A model generated the notes under the pieces. That model did not search any database, had not been told where the DNA came from, and saw nothing but the letters and a program-made list of their open reading frames with translations. Shown here piece by piece: positions 57,407-64,000 of a DNA stretch of 64,000 nt. The position numbers were made by a program, and so were the translations under genes. The DNA is from Chitinophagales bacterium (lineage in GTDB: Bacteria; Bacteroidota; Bacteroidia; Chitinophagales; JADJOU01): contig JALOMB010000002.1 in NCBI GenBank assembly GCA_025455685.1, forward strand, positions 5,515 through 69,514, in the 5' to 3' direction. How positions within the stretch are numbered: position 1 is the stretch's first letter; each line of letters starts with the position of its first letter.

Positions 57407-57976
57407 CTCATTGATTTTGTTGACAAAATGACTCATTGGAAATCCCATGACATTAAAATAACAACCTTGTATGCTTTCTACCTTCGTGATACCAAAAAAA
57501 TCTTGAATCCCATAACTACCCGCTTTATCCAAGGGGTTATAATGATCAATATAGCTATGGATATAATTCTTGGATAAGTTAGATAAAGTCACTAGCGTTT
57601 TGCATTGAAAATCATATTCTTTTTCTTCATAAGAGAAGGCTACCCCGGTTAGTACTTCATGAGTTTTACCTGAAAGAAAATTCAAAAATTCTATTGCTTC
57701 ATCTCTATCTTTTGGTTTTTCAAATAGCATATTATCAAAGACTACTGTAGTATCCGAAGTAACTACCAAGGTGTTTTTGTTTGTAGTTTTGTGCTGTAAA
57801 TATTGACTTAGTTTGCTTTTAGCGATATATGCTGCAATCTGACTTACCGGAATATCGCTAGGGTAAGTTTCGTCGAAGTCTAAGGTATCCATTCTCAAGT
57901 CTGAAAATACAGATTGGAAAAGCGCTACTCTTCTTGGTGATTTAGATACTAATACTACAGAAATATTTGGAATCAT
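57383..57976 (-). CDS. maf: Maf family nucleoside triphosphate pyrophosphatase
   Basis: LVSKSPRR, DTTV and DKAGSYGIQ motifs. Confidence 0.87.
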   Translation of the reverse strand: MIPNISVVLVSKSPRRVALFQSVFSDLRMDTLDFDETYPSDIPVSQIAAYIAKSKLSQYLQHKTTNKNTLVVTSDTTVVFDNMLFEKPKDRDEAIEFLNFLSGKTHEVLTGVAFSYEEKEYDFQCKTLVTLSNLSKNYIHSYIDHYNPLDKAGSYGIQDFFGITKVESIQGCYFNVMGFPMSHFVNKINELGIISLD

Positions 57977-59076
57977 TTCGAATTTTCTCGAGTTAAAATA
58001 TGAGGGTGACTTTCATTGAGCCCTGCGTTAGTAATACGAACAAAACTTGATTTTTCTTGTAGTTCAGAAATATTATGCGCACCGCAATATCCCATTCCTG
58101 CTCGAAGGCCTCCGACGAGTTTGCTTACTATGGGAAACATACTTCCTTTATAAGCTAAAACGGATTCAATTCCCTCTGCGGTAAATTTTTGATTCTCAGA
58201 TTGAAAATATCTATCTTTGCTGCCTAATTTCATGGATTTTTCAGAGCCCATTCCTCGATAAGCTTTAAACTGTTGATTATTTATCTCTATAGTCTCACCA
58301 CAAGCTTCTTCAGTACCTGCGAGCAAACTCCCTAACATTACTATATCACCACCTGCAGCCAAGGCCTTCACTATATCACCTGAATATTTGATACCGCCAT
58401 CACAAATCACAGGTATATTGTATTTTTTGGCTATTTCAGATACCATCATTAACGCAGTGATTTGAGGAACCCCTACGCCTGCTACTACCCTCGTGGTGCA
58501 AATAGACCCTGGACCTATGCCTACTTTGAGCACATCTGCACCAGCATCTATTAAATCTTTAGCAGCCTCTGCAGTAACTATATTTCCTGCCACTATTGGA
58601 ATGTCAGGATAAATTGACTTCAAATTACTGAGCTTATTCAGGATACCTTGAGAATGCCCATGTGCAGAATCCAACACAAGTACATCTACACCTGCTTGTA
58701 TTAAAGCCTCTACTCTATCTTTGGTGTCGTCACCTGTACCAATGGCTGCTGCAGTCATAAGTCTTCCTGATTCATCCCAAATCGCATCTGGGAAATCATT
58801 TACGGAAAAAGAAGCGTTTTTGACTTTTTCGACTTCTTTGCTTTGATGCTCAAGGGACATGTTTTTGTGAATAACCCCTAATCCACCGAAACAAGACAAT
58901 GCAATAGACATTTTGTGCTCAGTAAGCGTATCCATAGCAGCAGACATTATCGGAACATTTAAAGTGATTTTATCCGTTAGTCTTGTCTGTATGTTAGTCT
59001 GTGCAGGTAAAACATTAGAAAATTGAGGGATTAATAAAACATCATCAAATGTAAGTGCCTCAGGTATTGACTTCAT
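57973..59076 (-). CDS. guaB: IMP dehydrogenase lacking the CBS (Bateman) subdomain
   Basis: [18 protein letters not shown], the catalytic loop [11 protein letters not shown], the flap YRGMGS...DRYFQ, and C-terminal NESHPH. Only about 15 residues sit where the roughly 120-aa CBS pair normally does. Confidence 0.85.
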   Translation of the reverse strand: MKSIPEALTFDDVLLIPQFSNVLPAQTNIQTRLTDKITLNVPIMSAAMDTLTEHKMSIALSCFGGLGVIHKNMSLEHQSKEVEKVKNASFSVNDFPDAIWDESGRLMTAAAIGTGDDTKDRVEALIQAGVDVLVLDSAHGHSQGILNKLSNLKSIYPDIPIVAGNIVTAEAAKDLIDAGADVLKVGIGPGSICTTRVVAGVGVPQITALMMVSEIAKKYNIPVICDGGIKYSGDIVKALAAGGDIVMLGSLLAGTEEACGETIEINNQQFKAYRGMGSEKSMKLGSKDRYFQSENQKFTAEGIESVLAYKGSMFPIVSKLVGGLRAGMGYCGAHNISELQEKSSFVRITNAGLNESHPHILTRENSK

Positions 59077-59095
59077 AATTTTATATATTTAATAA

Positions 59096-60634
59096 CTATT
59101 CCCATTCAATGGTCGCAGGTGGTTTAGAGCTTATATCGTACACGACTCTATTTATCATATCAACTTCATTGATAATTCTACTCGAGACCTTATCCAAAAA
59201 ATCATAGGGTAATCTAGACCAGGTAGCTGTCATAAAATCTATTGAATTAGCACTCCTAAGCACTAAGGTGTACAAATATGTTCGAGTATCTCCTTTGACT
59301 CCTACCGAGCGATCGTTGAGCAATACAGCAAAAGCCTGATTAACACTATGATATAAATCTGCTTTTTCTAATTCTTCAATAAAAATTGCATCAGCCTTTT
59401 GAAGTATCGCTACTTTTTCTGAAGTAATCTCACCTAAAATTCTAATGCCTAAACCAGGACCCGGAAAAGGATGTCTGTCTATCATTTCATCAGGAATACC
59501 CAATGATTTTCCGATTAACCTCACTTCATCCTTAAACATAAATCGCAAAGGCTCCAATAAAATTAAATTCAAGTCTTTTGGAAGTCCCCCAACATTGTGA
59601 TGGGATTTAATGGTATGTGATTGACCTAATTTACTAGCACTAGACTCGATAACATCTGAATAAATTGTCCCTTGAGCTAAAAATTTAACATTTTTAATTT
59701 TTTTGGCCTCCTCTTGAAAAATATCGATGAAAAGTTTACCAATGACTTTTCTTTTGGCTTCGGGTTCATCTATACCTCGCAAAGCTTCATAAAATCTAAA
59801 TTTGGCATCGACAAATACAATATTGATTTGGAGATTTTCACGATAGGTTTCCAAAACCTTTTCTGCTTCTCTATGGCGCATTAAGCCAGTATCTACAAAA
59901 ATACAAGTCAATTGACTACCAATAGCTCTATGCAATAAAACGGCACAAACAGAAGAATCCACTCCTCCAGACAGACCCAATACAACTTGATCATTGCCAA
60001 CTGTTTGTTTAATTTCAGCAATGATTTCATTGGTTTTATATTCATTGTCCCAAGAATGCTCACATTGACAAATTTCAAAAATAAAATTATCAAAAATTTT
60101 TGAACCAAAATCAGTATGAGTTACTTCAGGATGAAATTGTAAACCATATAATTTCCTTTCTTCATGCGCTATAGCAGCAATTGAATTCTCAGAGGTCGCA
60201 TTAATCTCAAAGCCTTGAGGTACTTGAATAACTTCATCAAAATGACTCATCCAGACACTAGAAATCTTAGGAATTTCATTCAAAAGCTTCGATGACTCAT
60301 GTATCGTTAAATCACTCTTGCCATATTCTGCTTTTTTGCCTTTGGCCACTTGCCCTCCTAAAACTTGACTCATGAGTTGCATCCCATAACAAATGCCTAG
60401 CACAGGAATTCCTAAGTCAAAAATCTCTTGAGAAATTCTATAGCCATCATCTGAAATGACTGAAGATGGTCCACCTGACAAAATAATTCCTTTTGGATGT
60501 TTCGATTTTATCTCTTCAATGTTGACATGGTAAGGAAGAATCTCTGCAAAGACTTTTTGAGATCTTATTCTTCTTGCGATAAGTTGATTGTATTGAGAAC
60601 CGAAATCTAGAATAATGATACCTGTAGCAATCAT
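59096..60634 (-). CDS. guaA: GMP synthase (glutamine-hydrolysing)
   Basis: GATase (GICYGMQ, HPE) plus ATP-PPase (SGGVDSSV) plus the C-terminal dimerisation domain ending PPATIEWE. Confidence 0.96.
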   Translation of the reverse strand: MIATGIIILDFGSQYNQLIARRIRSQKVFAEILPYHVNIEEIKSKHPKGIILSGGPSSVISDDGYRISQEIFDLGIPVLGICYGMQLMSQVLGGQVAKGKKAEYGKSDLTIHESSKLLNEIPKISSVWMSHFDEVIQVPQGFEINATSENSIAAIAHEERKLYGLQFHPEVTHTDFGSKIFDNFIFEICQCEHSWDNEYKTNEIIAEIKQTVGNDQVVLGLSGGVDSSVCAVLLHRAIGSQLTCIFVDTGLMRHREAEKVLETYRENLQINIVFVDAKFRFYEALRGIDEPEAKRKVIGKLFIDIFQEEAKKIKNVKFLAQGTIYSDVIESSASKLGQSHTIKSHHNVGGLPKDLNLILLEPLRFMFKDEVRLIGKSLGIPDEMIDRHPFPGPGLGIRILGEITSEKVAILQKADAIFIEELEKADLYHSVNQAFAVLLNDRSVGVKGDTRTYLYTLVLRSANSIDFMTATWSRLPYDFLDKVSSRIINEVDMINRVVYDISSKPPATIEWE

Positions 60635-61623
60635 AGTTTAAAAAAAGTTAGATGCTTTTGTTTTTCAGCTTCATTAAGCATTGAAGCAACAATTGAATTT
60701 CTCGCTAATAAACTCAAATCCTGCTCTGTAGCCCCTAAGTTATTTTGAACCAAAGCATAATTTTCATCTAAATACCCTCCAAAATATGCAGGATCATCAG
60801 AATTTATAGTCACCAATAATCCTTGATGCAATAAATCCAAAACTGGATGGTGTTTTATATCGCTTATCACCTTCAAAGCTACATTAGAAGTTGGGCAAAG
60901 CGTAAGCGGGATTTGATAATTTATGAGCGTTTGTCTAAGCGCATGGTCTTCGATACAGGCATTTCCATGATCTATACGTTCTACACCTAAAATCTCAATG
61001 GCTTGCCAAATATAATCTACGGGACCTTCTTCTCCGGCATGAGCCGTAAGCCTATAGCCTTGATTCTTCGCTTCTTGATATACCTGTTTAAACTTAATTG
61101 GTGGATTGTCTAACTCTGAGGAATCTAAACCAATAGCAGTAATCTTATCTCGATACTTTTCTGCTTGCTTTAAAGTTCTAAAAGCATCTTCTTCTGTCAA
61201 ATGTCGAAGAAATGAAAGGATTAATGCAGATGAAATTCCAAAATCTAATTTGGCCTGCTGACAAGCATTTGAAATTCCCATAATAACCTTATCAAAAGAT
61301 ATGCCTCTATTCGTATGTGATTGAGGATCAAACATGATTTCTGCATGAACAATCCCCTGTTCACTGCAACGTTTGAAATAAGCATATGTCAATTCAAAAA
61401 AATCATCTTGCTCAATTAAAACATTTGTACCATAATAGTATAAGTCCAAAAAGTCTTGAAGACATCTGAAATTAAGCGCTCTATGGATATCATCCACTTT
61501 TTTATAAGGTAAACTTATATTATTTCTTTGGGCTAACTTCAAGAGAAGCTCAGCTTCCAAACTCCCTTCTATGTGAAGATGAAGTTCGGCTTTGGGCATT
61601 TGTATATATAAAGAACTCATCAT
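60631..61623 (-). CDS. adenosine/adenine deaminase (ADA superfamily, Aah1-like)
   Basis: MPKAELHLHIEGSLE, LTAHAGEEGP, IDHG and NSDDPAYFGG motifs. Colinear with yeast adenine deaminase Aah1 as I recall it. The listed TTG start 61647 lies in the terminator hairpin; ATG at 61623 is preferred. Confidence 0.85.
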   Translation of the reverse strand: MMSSLYIQMPKAELHLHIEGSLEAELLLKLAQRNNISLPYKKVDDIHRALNFRCLQDFLDLYYYGTNVLIEQDDFFELTYAYFKRCSEQGIVHAEIMFDPQSHTNRGISFDKVIMGISNACQQAKLDFGISSALILSFLRHLTEEDAFRTLKQAEKYRDKITAIGLDSSELDNPPIKFKQVYQEAKNQGYRLTAHAGEEGPVDYIWQAIEILGVERIDHGNACIEDHALRQTLINYQIPLTLCPTSNVALKVISDIKHHPVLDLLHQGLLVTINSDDPAYFGGYLDENYALVQNNLGATEQDLSLLARNSIVASMLNEAEKQKHLTFFKL

Positions 61624-61630
61624 TAAATTT

Positions 61631-61661
61631 AAAAAAAAAGACCTCAATAAATGAGGTCTTT
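61631..61661 (-). terminator. intrinsic terminator between the small lipoprotein gene and the deaminase-guaA-guaB-maf block
   Basis: Minus-strand RNA is AAAGACCUCA-UUUAU-UGAGGUCUUU followed by U9. The U-run ends 7 nt before the ATG at 61623. Confidence 0.7.
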
Positions 61662-61682
61662 AAATAATCAAAATAAGATTTT

Positions 61683-61880
61683 TTATTTACCTGATTGTGG
61701 TGTAGCTGCACTTTTAGCAGTATCTACCATTTTATTAGCAGTATCAGTAGTTTGCTCAATTACTTTTGACATTGAATCAATAGCTTGATCAATAGTAGGA
61801 GCGGTTTCTGCTGGTTTTTGCTCACAAGATGTTAAAGCGAAAAGAACTACAGTAGAAAAAAGAATAGAGAATGTTTTCAT
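61683..61880 (-). CDS. small lipoprotein, paralog 1 (ends in Lys)
   Basis: MKTFSILFSTVVLFALTSC lipobox. The 45-aa mature part is Ala/Thr/Asp-rich and predicted helical, with C-terminal ...SGK. Confidence 0.7.
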   Translation of the reverse strand: MKTFSILFSTVVLFALTSCEQKPAETAPTIDQAIDSMSKVIEQTTDTANKMVDTAKSAATPQSGK

Positions 61881-61923
61881 TTTATATTATATTATGTATT
61901 TTAAATTAATTTACTTTTAAAAG

Positions 61924-61949
61924 AAAGGTTGCCATAAATGACAACCTTT
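61924..61949 (-). terminator. terminator hairpin after small lipoprotein paralog 2
   Basis: Minus-strand AAAGGUUGUCA-UUUA-UGGCAACCUUU (11 bp including a G-U pair), followed by CUUUU. Confidence 0.6.
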
Positions 61950-61971
61950 GAAATAACAATTGATAATTCAA

Positions 61972-62226
61972 TTATTTTTTAACAGCGCTTTTAGCAGCAT
62001 CTGCTGTAGCGTTTACTGCGTTAGCAGCAGCATCAGCAGTTTTAGTAGCAGCAGAATCAACAGCGTTAGTTACTGTTTTAGCAGCTGTATCTACCATAGT
62101 TTGAGCAGCGTTAGCAGCAGAATCAACTGCAGCTTGAGTAGCATCAGCAGCATCAGCAGCTGGTTGCTCACAAGAAGTCAAAGCAAAAAGTACTGCAGTA
62201 GAGAAAAGGATTGTTAATTTTTTCAT
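61972..62226 (-). CDS. small alanine-rich lipoprotein, paralog 2, with 11-residue repeats (ends in Lys-Lys)
   Basis: MKKLTILFSTAVLFALTSC lipobox. The mature part has VD(S/T)AA at an 11-residue spacing three times and TADAA twice. The gene has its own promoter and terminator, and its G+C is well above the local background. Confidence 0.75.
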   Translation of the reverse strand: MKKLTILFSTAVLFALTSCEQPAADAADATQAAVDSAANAAQTMVDTAAKTVTNAVDSAATKTADAAANAVNATADAAKSAVKK

Positions 62227-62263
62227 TTTGGTTTTGGTTTTAATTGTTTTAAAAATTACGATG

Positions 62264-62271
62264 CAAAAATA
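62264..62271 (-). promoter_or_regulatory. -7 promoter box TAttTTTG for lipoprotein paralog 2
   Basis: TAnnTTTG on the minus strand, 37 nt upstream of the ATG at 62226. Confidence 0.5.
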
Positions 62272-62325
62272 CTACGAAAAATCGAAGTCGCACCCACTAT
62301 AGTGTTAAATAGGTTTAAAAAAATG

Positions 62326-63660
62326 TTATTTTTCCTTAAAAATTAAAGTTACCGGAACTCCATTAAAGTCATACATAGCTCTTAACTTGTTGCGAATAAA
62401 GCTTTTGTAGTGTTCTGGGACTTCGTTGGGGTAATTGCAAAATAATAAAAACGTTGGATGGCTTGCTTCTACTTGGGTCATATACTTTATTTTAATCGTA
62501 TTGCCTCGATGAATAGGTGCTTGTGCTGTCTGAATTGATACCAAAAAATCTTCATTGAGCTTCGAAGTCGAAATTTTTCTCTTAAGATTTTCGCTTACTT
62601 TCAAAATTTCTTCTGTAAGCTTAAAAATTCGTTGCTTTTCTATCGCAGACGTAAAAACTATCGGTACATCGACATTTGGGGCAATTTTTTCCTTGATTTT
62701 ATGAGTGTACTCACGCATGGTATCCTGGTCTTTTTCGATTAAATCCCATTTGTTAACCACCAAAATCAACCCTTTTTTTCTTCTTTCTGCAAGTCTTATC
62801 AAAGCCATATCCTGAGCTTCAAGCAATTTAGTTGCATCAATTATCATGACAATGATATTGGCATAATCTATTGATTTGACTGCTCGAATTACACTATAAA
62901 ACTCTAAGTTTTCATGAACCTTTGTTTTTCTTCGAATTCCTGCTGTGTCAATTAAGATAAATTCTTTATCGAATTTTTTATATAAGCTATGAACACTATC
63001 TCTTGTCGTACCAGCAATTGGAGTTACGATATTGCGGTTTTCTCCCATGAGGGCATTTACCGTAGAACTCTTTCCTACATTAGGCTGACCAATTATGGCA
63101 ATTTTAGGTATAGTTTTTTCATCGACATGTTCCTCTTCATCTTTCAAAATATCAGGATATTTAGACACGAATATCTCAACTACCCTATCGAGGAGCTCGC
63201 CAGTACCTGATCCAGAAATAGACGATACATTAAATAAATCTTCGAACCCTAAGCCATAGAATTCCATAGCTTCCATGCCTCTTTCTGCATTATCCACCTT
63301 ATTGGCTACGACGATTACTGGCTTGTGTGACTTTCTCAATAAATCAGCCACAGATAAATCCAAATCTGTGGTCAAGGTTTTGACATCTACAACGAATAAA
63401 ATAATCTCCGCTTCTTCTATCGCGATGATGACTTGCTCTTTGATAGATTGCTCAAAGACATCACTCGAATTCGACACATAGCCGCCTGTATCAATTAAGT
63501 CAAACTCTAATCCATTCCAAAATACTTGTCCATATATTCTATCTCTAGTTACACCACTAATATCATCTATGATCGCTTTGCGCTCTGAGATCAATCTATT
63601 AAAAAGAGTAGATTTGCCTACATTGGGCCTTCCTACTATAGCTACGGTTTTATTGATCAT
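62326..63660 (-). CDS. der: ribosome biogenesis GTPase Der (EngA)
   Basis: Two tandem GTPase domains (GRPNVGKST...DTGG...NKVD; GQPNVGKSS...DTAG...NKWD) plus a KH-like C-terminus. Confidence 0.96.
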   Translation of the reverse strand: MINKTVAIVGRPNVGKSTLFNRLISERKAIIDDISGVTRDRIYGQVFWNGLEFDLIDTGGYVSNSSDVFEQSIKEQVIIAIEEAEIILFVVDVKTLTTDLDLSVADLLRKSHKPVIVVANKVDNAERGMEAMEFYGLGFEDLFNVSSISGSGTGELLDRVVEIFVSKYPDILKDEEEHVDEKTIPKIAIIGQPNVGKSSTVNALMGENRNIVTPIAGTTRDSVHSLYKKFDKEFILIDTAGIRRKTKVHENLEFYSVIRAVKSIDYANIIVMIIDATKLLEAQDMALIRLAERRKKGLILVVNKWDLIEKDQDTMREYTHKIKEKIAPNVDVPIVFTSAIEKQRIFKLTEEILKVSENLKRKISTSKLNEDFLVSIQTAQAPIHRGNTIKIKYMTQVEASHPTFLLFCNYPNEVPEHYKSFIRNKLRAMYDFNGVPVTLIFKEK

Positions 63661-63690
63661 GAGTACAATTTAAAATATCTGATAAACAAT

Positions 63691-63699
63691 TTATCCACA
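63691..63699. promoter_or_regulatory. perfect DnaA box consensus TTATCCACA in the der leader region
   Basis: Exact 9-mer, lying between the putative der -7 box and the der ATG. Confidence 0.35.
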
Positions 63700-63713
63700 T
63701 TTTTTTATGAGCA

Positions 63714-63721
63714 CAAAGCTA
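63714..63721 (-). promoter_or_regulatory. -7 promoter box TAgcTTTG for der
   Basis: TAnnTTTG on the minus strand, 53 nt upstream of the ATG at 63660. Confidence 0.4.
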
Positions 63722-63854
63722 ATTAAAAAATTCCAAAATTTACTTTTTTATTTATACTTAACTATGCACTAAGTGATTAAAATACGATTAGCGCTTATCA
63801 GTAGGCTACTTAATAAATTTTGACTTGCGGAGAATACTTAGATAGTTCCATTTT

Positions 63855-64000
63855 TTAATATCTTTTGGCTGATTTTATCTCAATTTGTTGCAATTGTATT
63901 TGTCCGTTTAAATCTGTTCTGCAATTGATTTTAGAATTTAATACATTATAATCAATAGTATAATTGAGCCATCTTGGATTGTTTAAGCTATCCGGCATGT
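63855..64000 (-). CDS. 3' end of an unidentified gene continuing beyond the window
   Basis: A minus-strand frame is open for 47 codons from the window edge to TAA at 63857-63855 (...NPRWLNYTIDYNVLNSKINCRTDLNGQIQLQQIEIKSAKRY). That is a long open stretch for so AT-rich a sequence. Confidence 0.35.
   Translation of the reverse strand, partial: MPDSLNNPRWLNYTIDYNVLNSKINCRTDLNGQIQLQQIEIKSAKRY

Noticed and set aside
61960-62217. 85-aa Ser/Cys-rich plus-strand ORF
   Set aside because: It is the complement of the GCN-rich alanine codons of the lipoprotein gene. The minus-strand gene has a lipobox, a promoter and a terminator, while this ORF has none.
4797-63481. The remaining roughly 30 short (60-96 aa) ORFs in the track that lie inside longer genes on the opposite strand or in another frame. 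Examples: 4797-4982, 5668-5859, 7634-7897, 8391-8648, 8831-9214, 10480-10668, 14616-14813, 15476-15670, 18104-18286, 19173-19382, 25667-25852, 29006-29269, 29466-29675, 30574-30835, 37718-37912, 38480-38740, 40232-40438, 40764-40976, 41154-41360, 42406-42600, 48450-48665, 50024-50314, 50382-50570, 52605-52856, 55672-55887, 59908-60108, 62989-63210, 63275-63481.
   Set aside because: Each is fully overlapped by a longer ORF that has clear family motifs. Their compositions are low-complexity mirror images of those genes, and none has an independent promoter box.
1-64000. Search by eye for CRISPR arrays, transposases, integrases, toxin-antitoxin pairs, restriction-modification systems or known defence-system signatures
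   Set aside because: Every ORF of 100 aa or more is accounted for by housekeeping or envelope functions or by orphan lipoproteins. I noticed no spaced direct repeats or terminal inverted repeats. The SAMHD1-like HD protein sits in a conserved housekeeping context and not in an island.

Overview
AT-rich (about one-third G+C by eye), densely coding chromosomal segment. It is almost certainly from a Bacteroidota, Flavobacteriia-like bacterium. Support: a gldD-like gliding lipoprotein, T9SS C-terminal sorting domains, a DUF4254 plus GT9 gene pair, no Shine-Dalgarno sequences, and recurring TAnnTTTG(CAA) -7 promoter boxes 6-30 nt upstream of genes. I call about 60 protein genes, nearly all housekeeping: nucleotide metabolism (nrdA, pyrD, fused UMP synthase, PNP, deoxynucleoside kinase, guaB, guaA, adenine/adenosine deaminase, SAMHD1-like HD hydrolase, maf); cofactors (ribH, ribD, menD, menB, folK, ctaA, SCO1); envelope (lptC, GT2/GT9, sppA, tatC); and dapA, accA, pdhA, sdaA, recF, der. 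RNA genes are tRNA-Asp(GTC), tRNA-Leu(GAG), an initiator tRNA-Met plus a second CAT tRNA, and tmRNA. I found no CRISPR array, transposase, integrase, prophage or recognisable defence island, so this is a core-genome region and not an accessory one. The observations most worth a second look: (1) a 53-codon leader ORF that reads through an intrinsic terminator and stops 1 nt before pyrD, an architecture like enterobacterial pyrBI attenuation; (2) an operon of class-1A DHODH, a stand-alone class II aaRS catalytic core and a eukaryote-style OPRT-OMPDC fusion; (3) a GC-rich multi-hairpin RNA element in an unusually long leader of an rRNA m5C methyltransferase gene; (4) two tandem small Ala-rich lipoproteins with 11-residue repeats and C-terminal Lys, reminiscent of Braun lipoprotein; (5) an IMPDH with no CBS/Bateman domain and a FolK with a roughly 65-aa acidic insert. 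All functional calls come from reading the translations and from motif memory; no database search was run. Coordinates of small motifs may be off by 1-2 nt.
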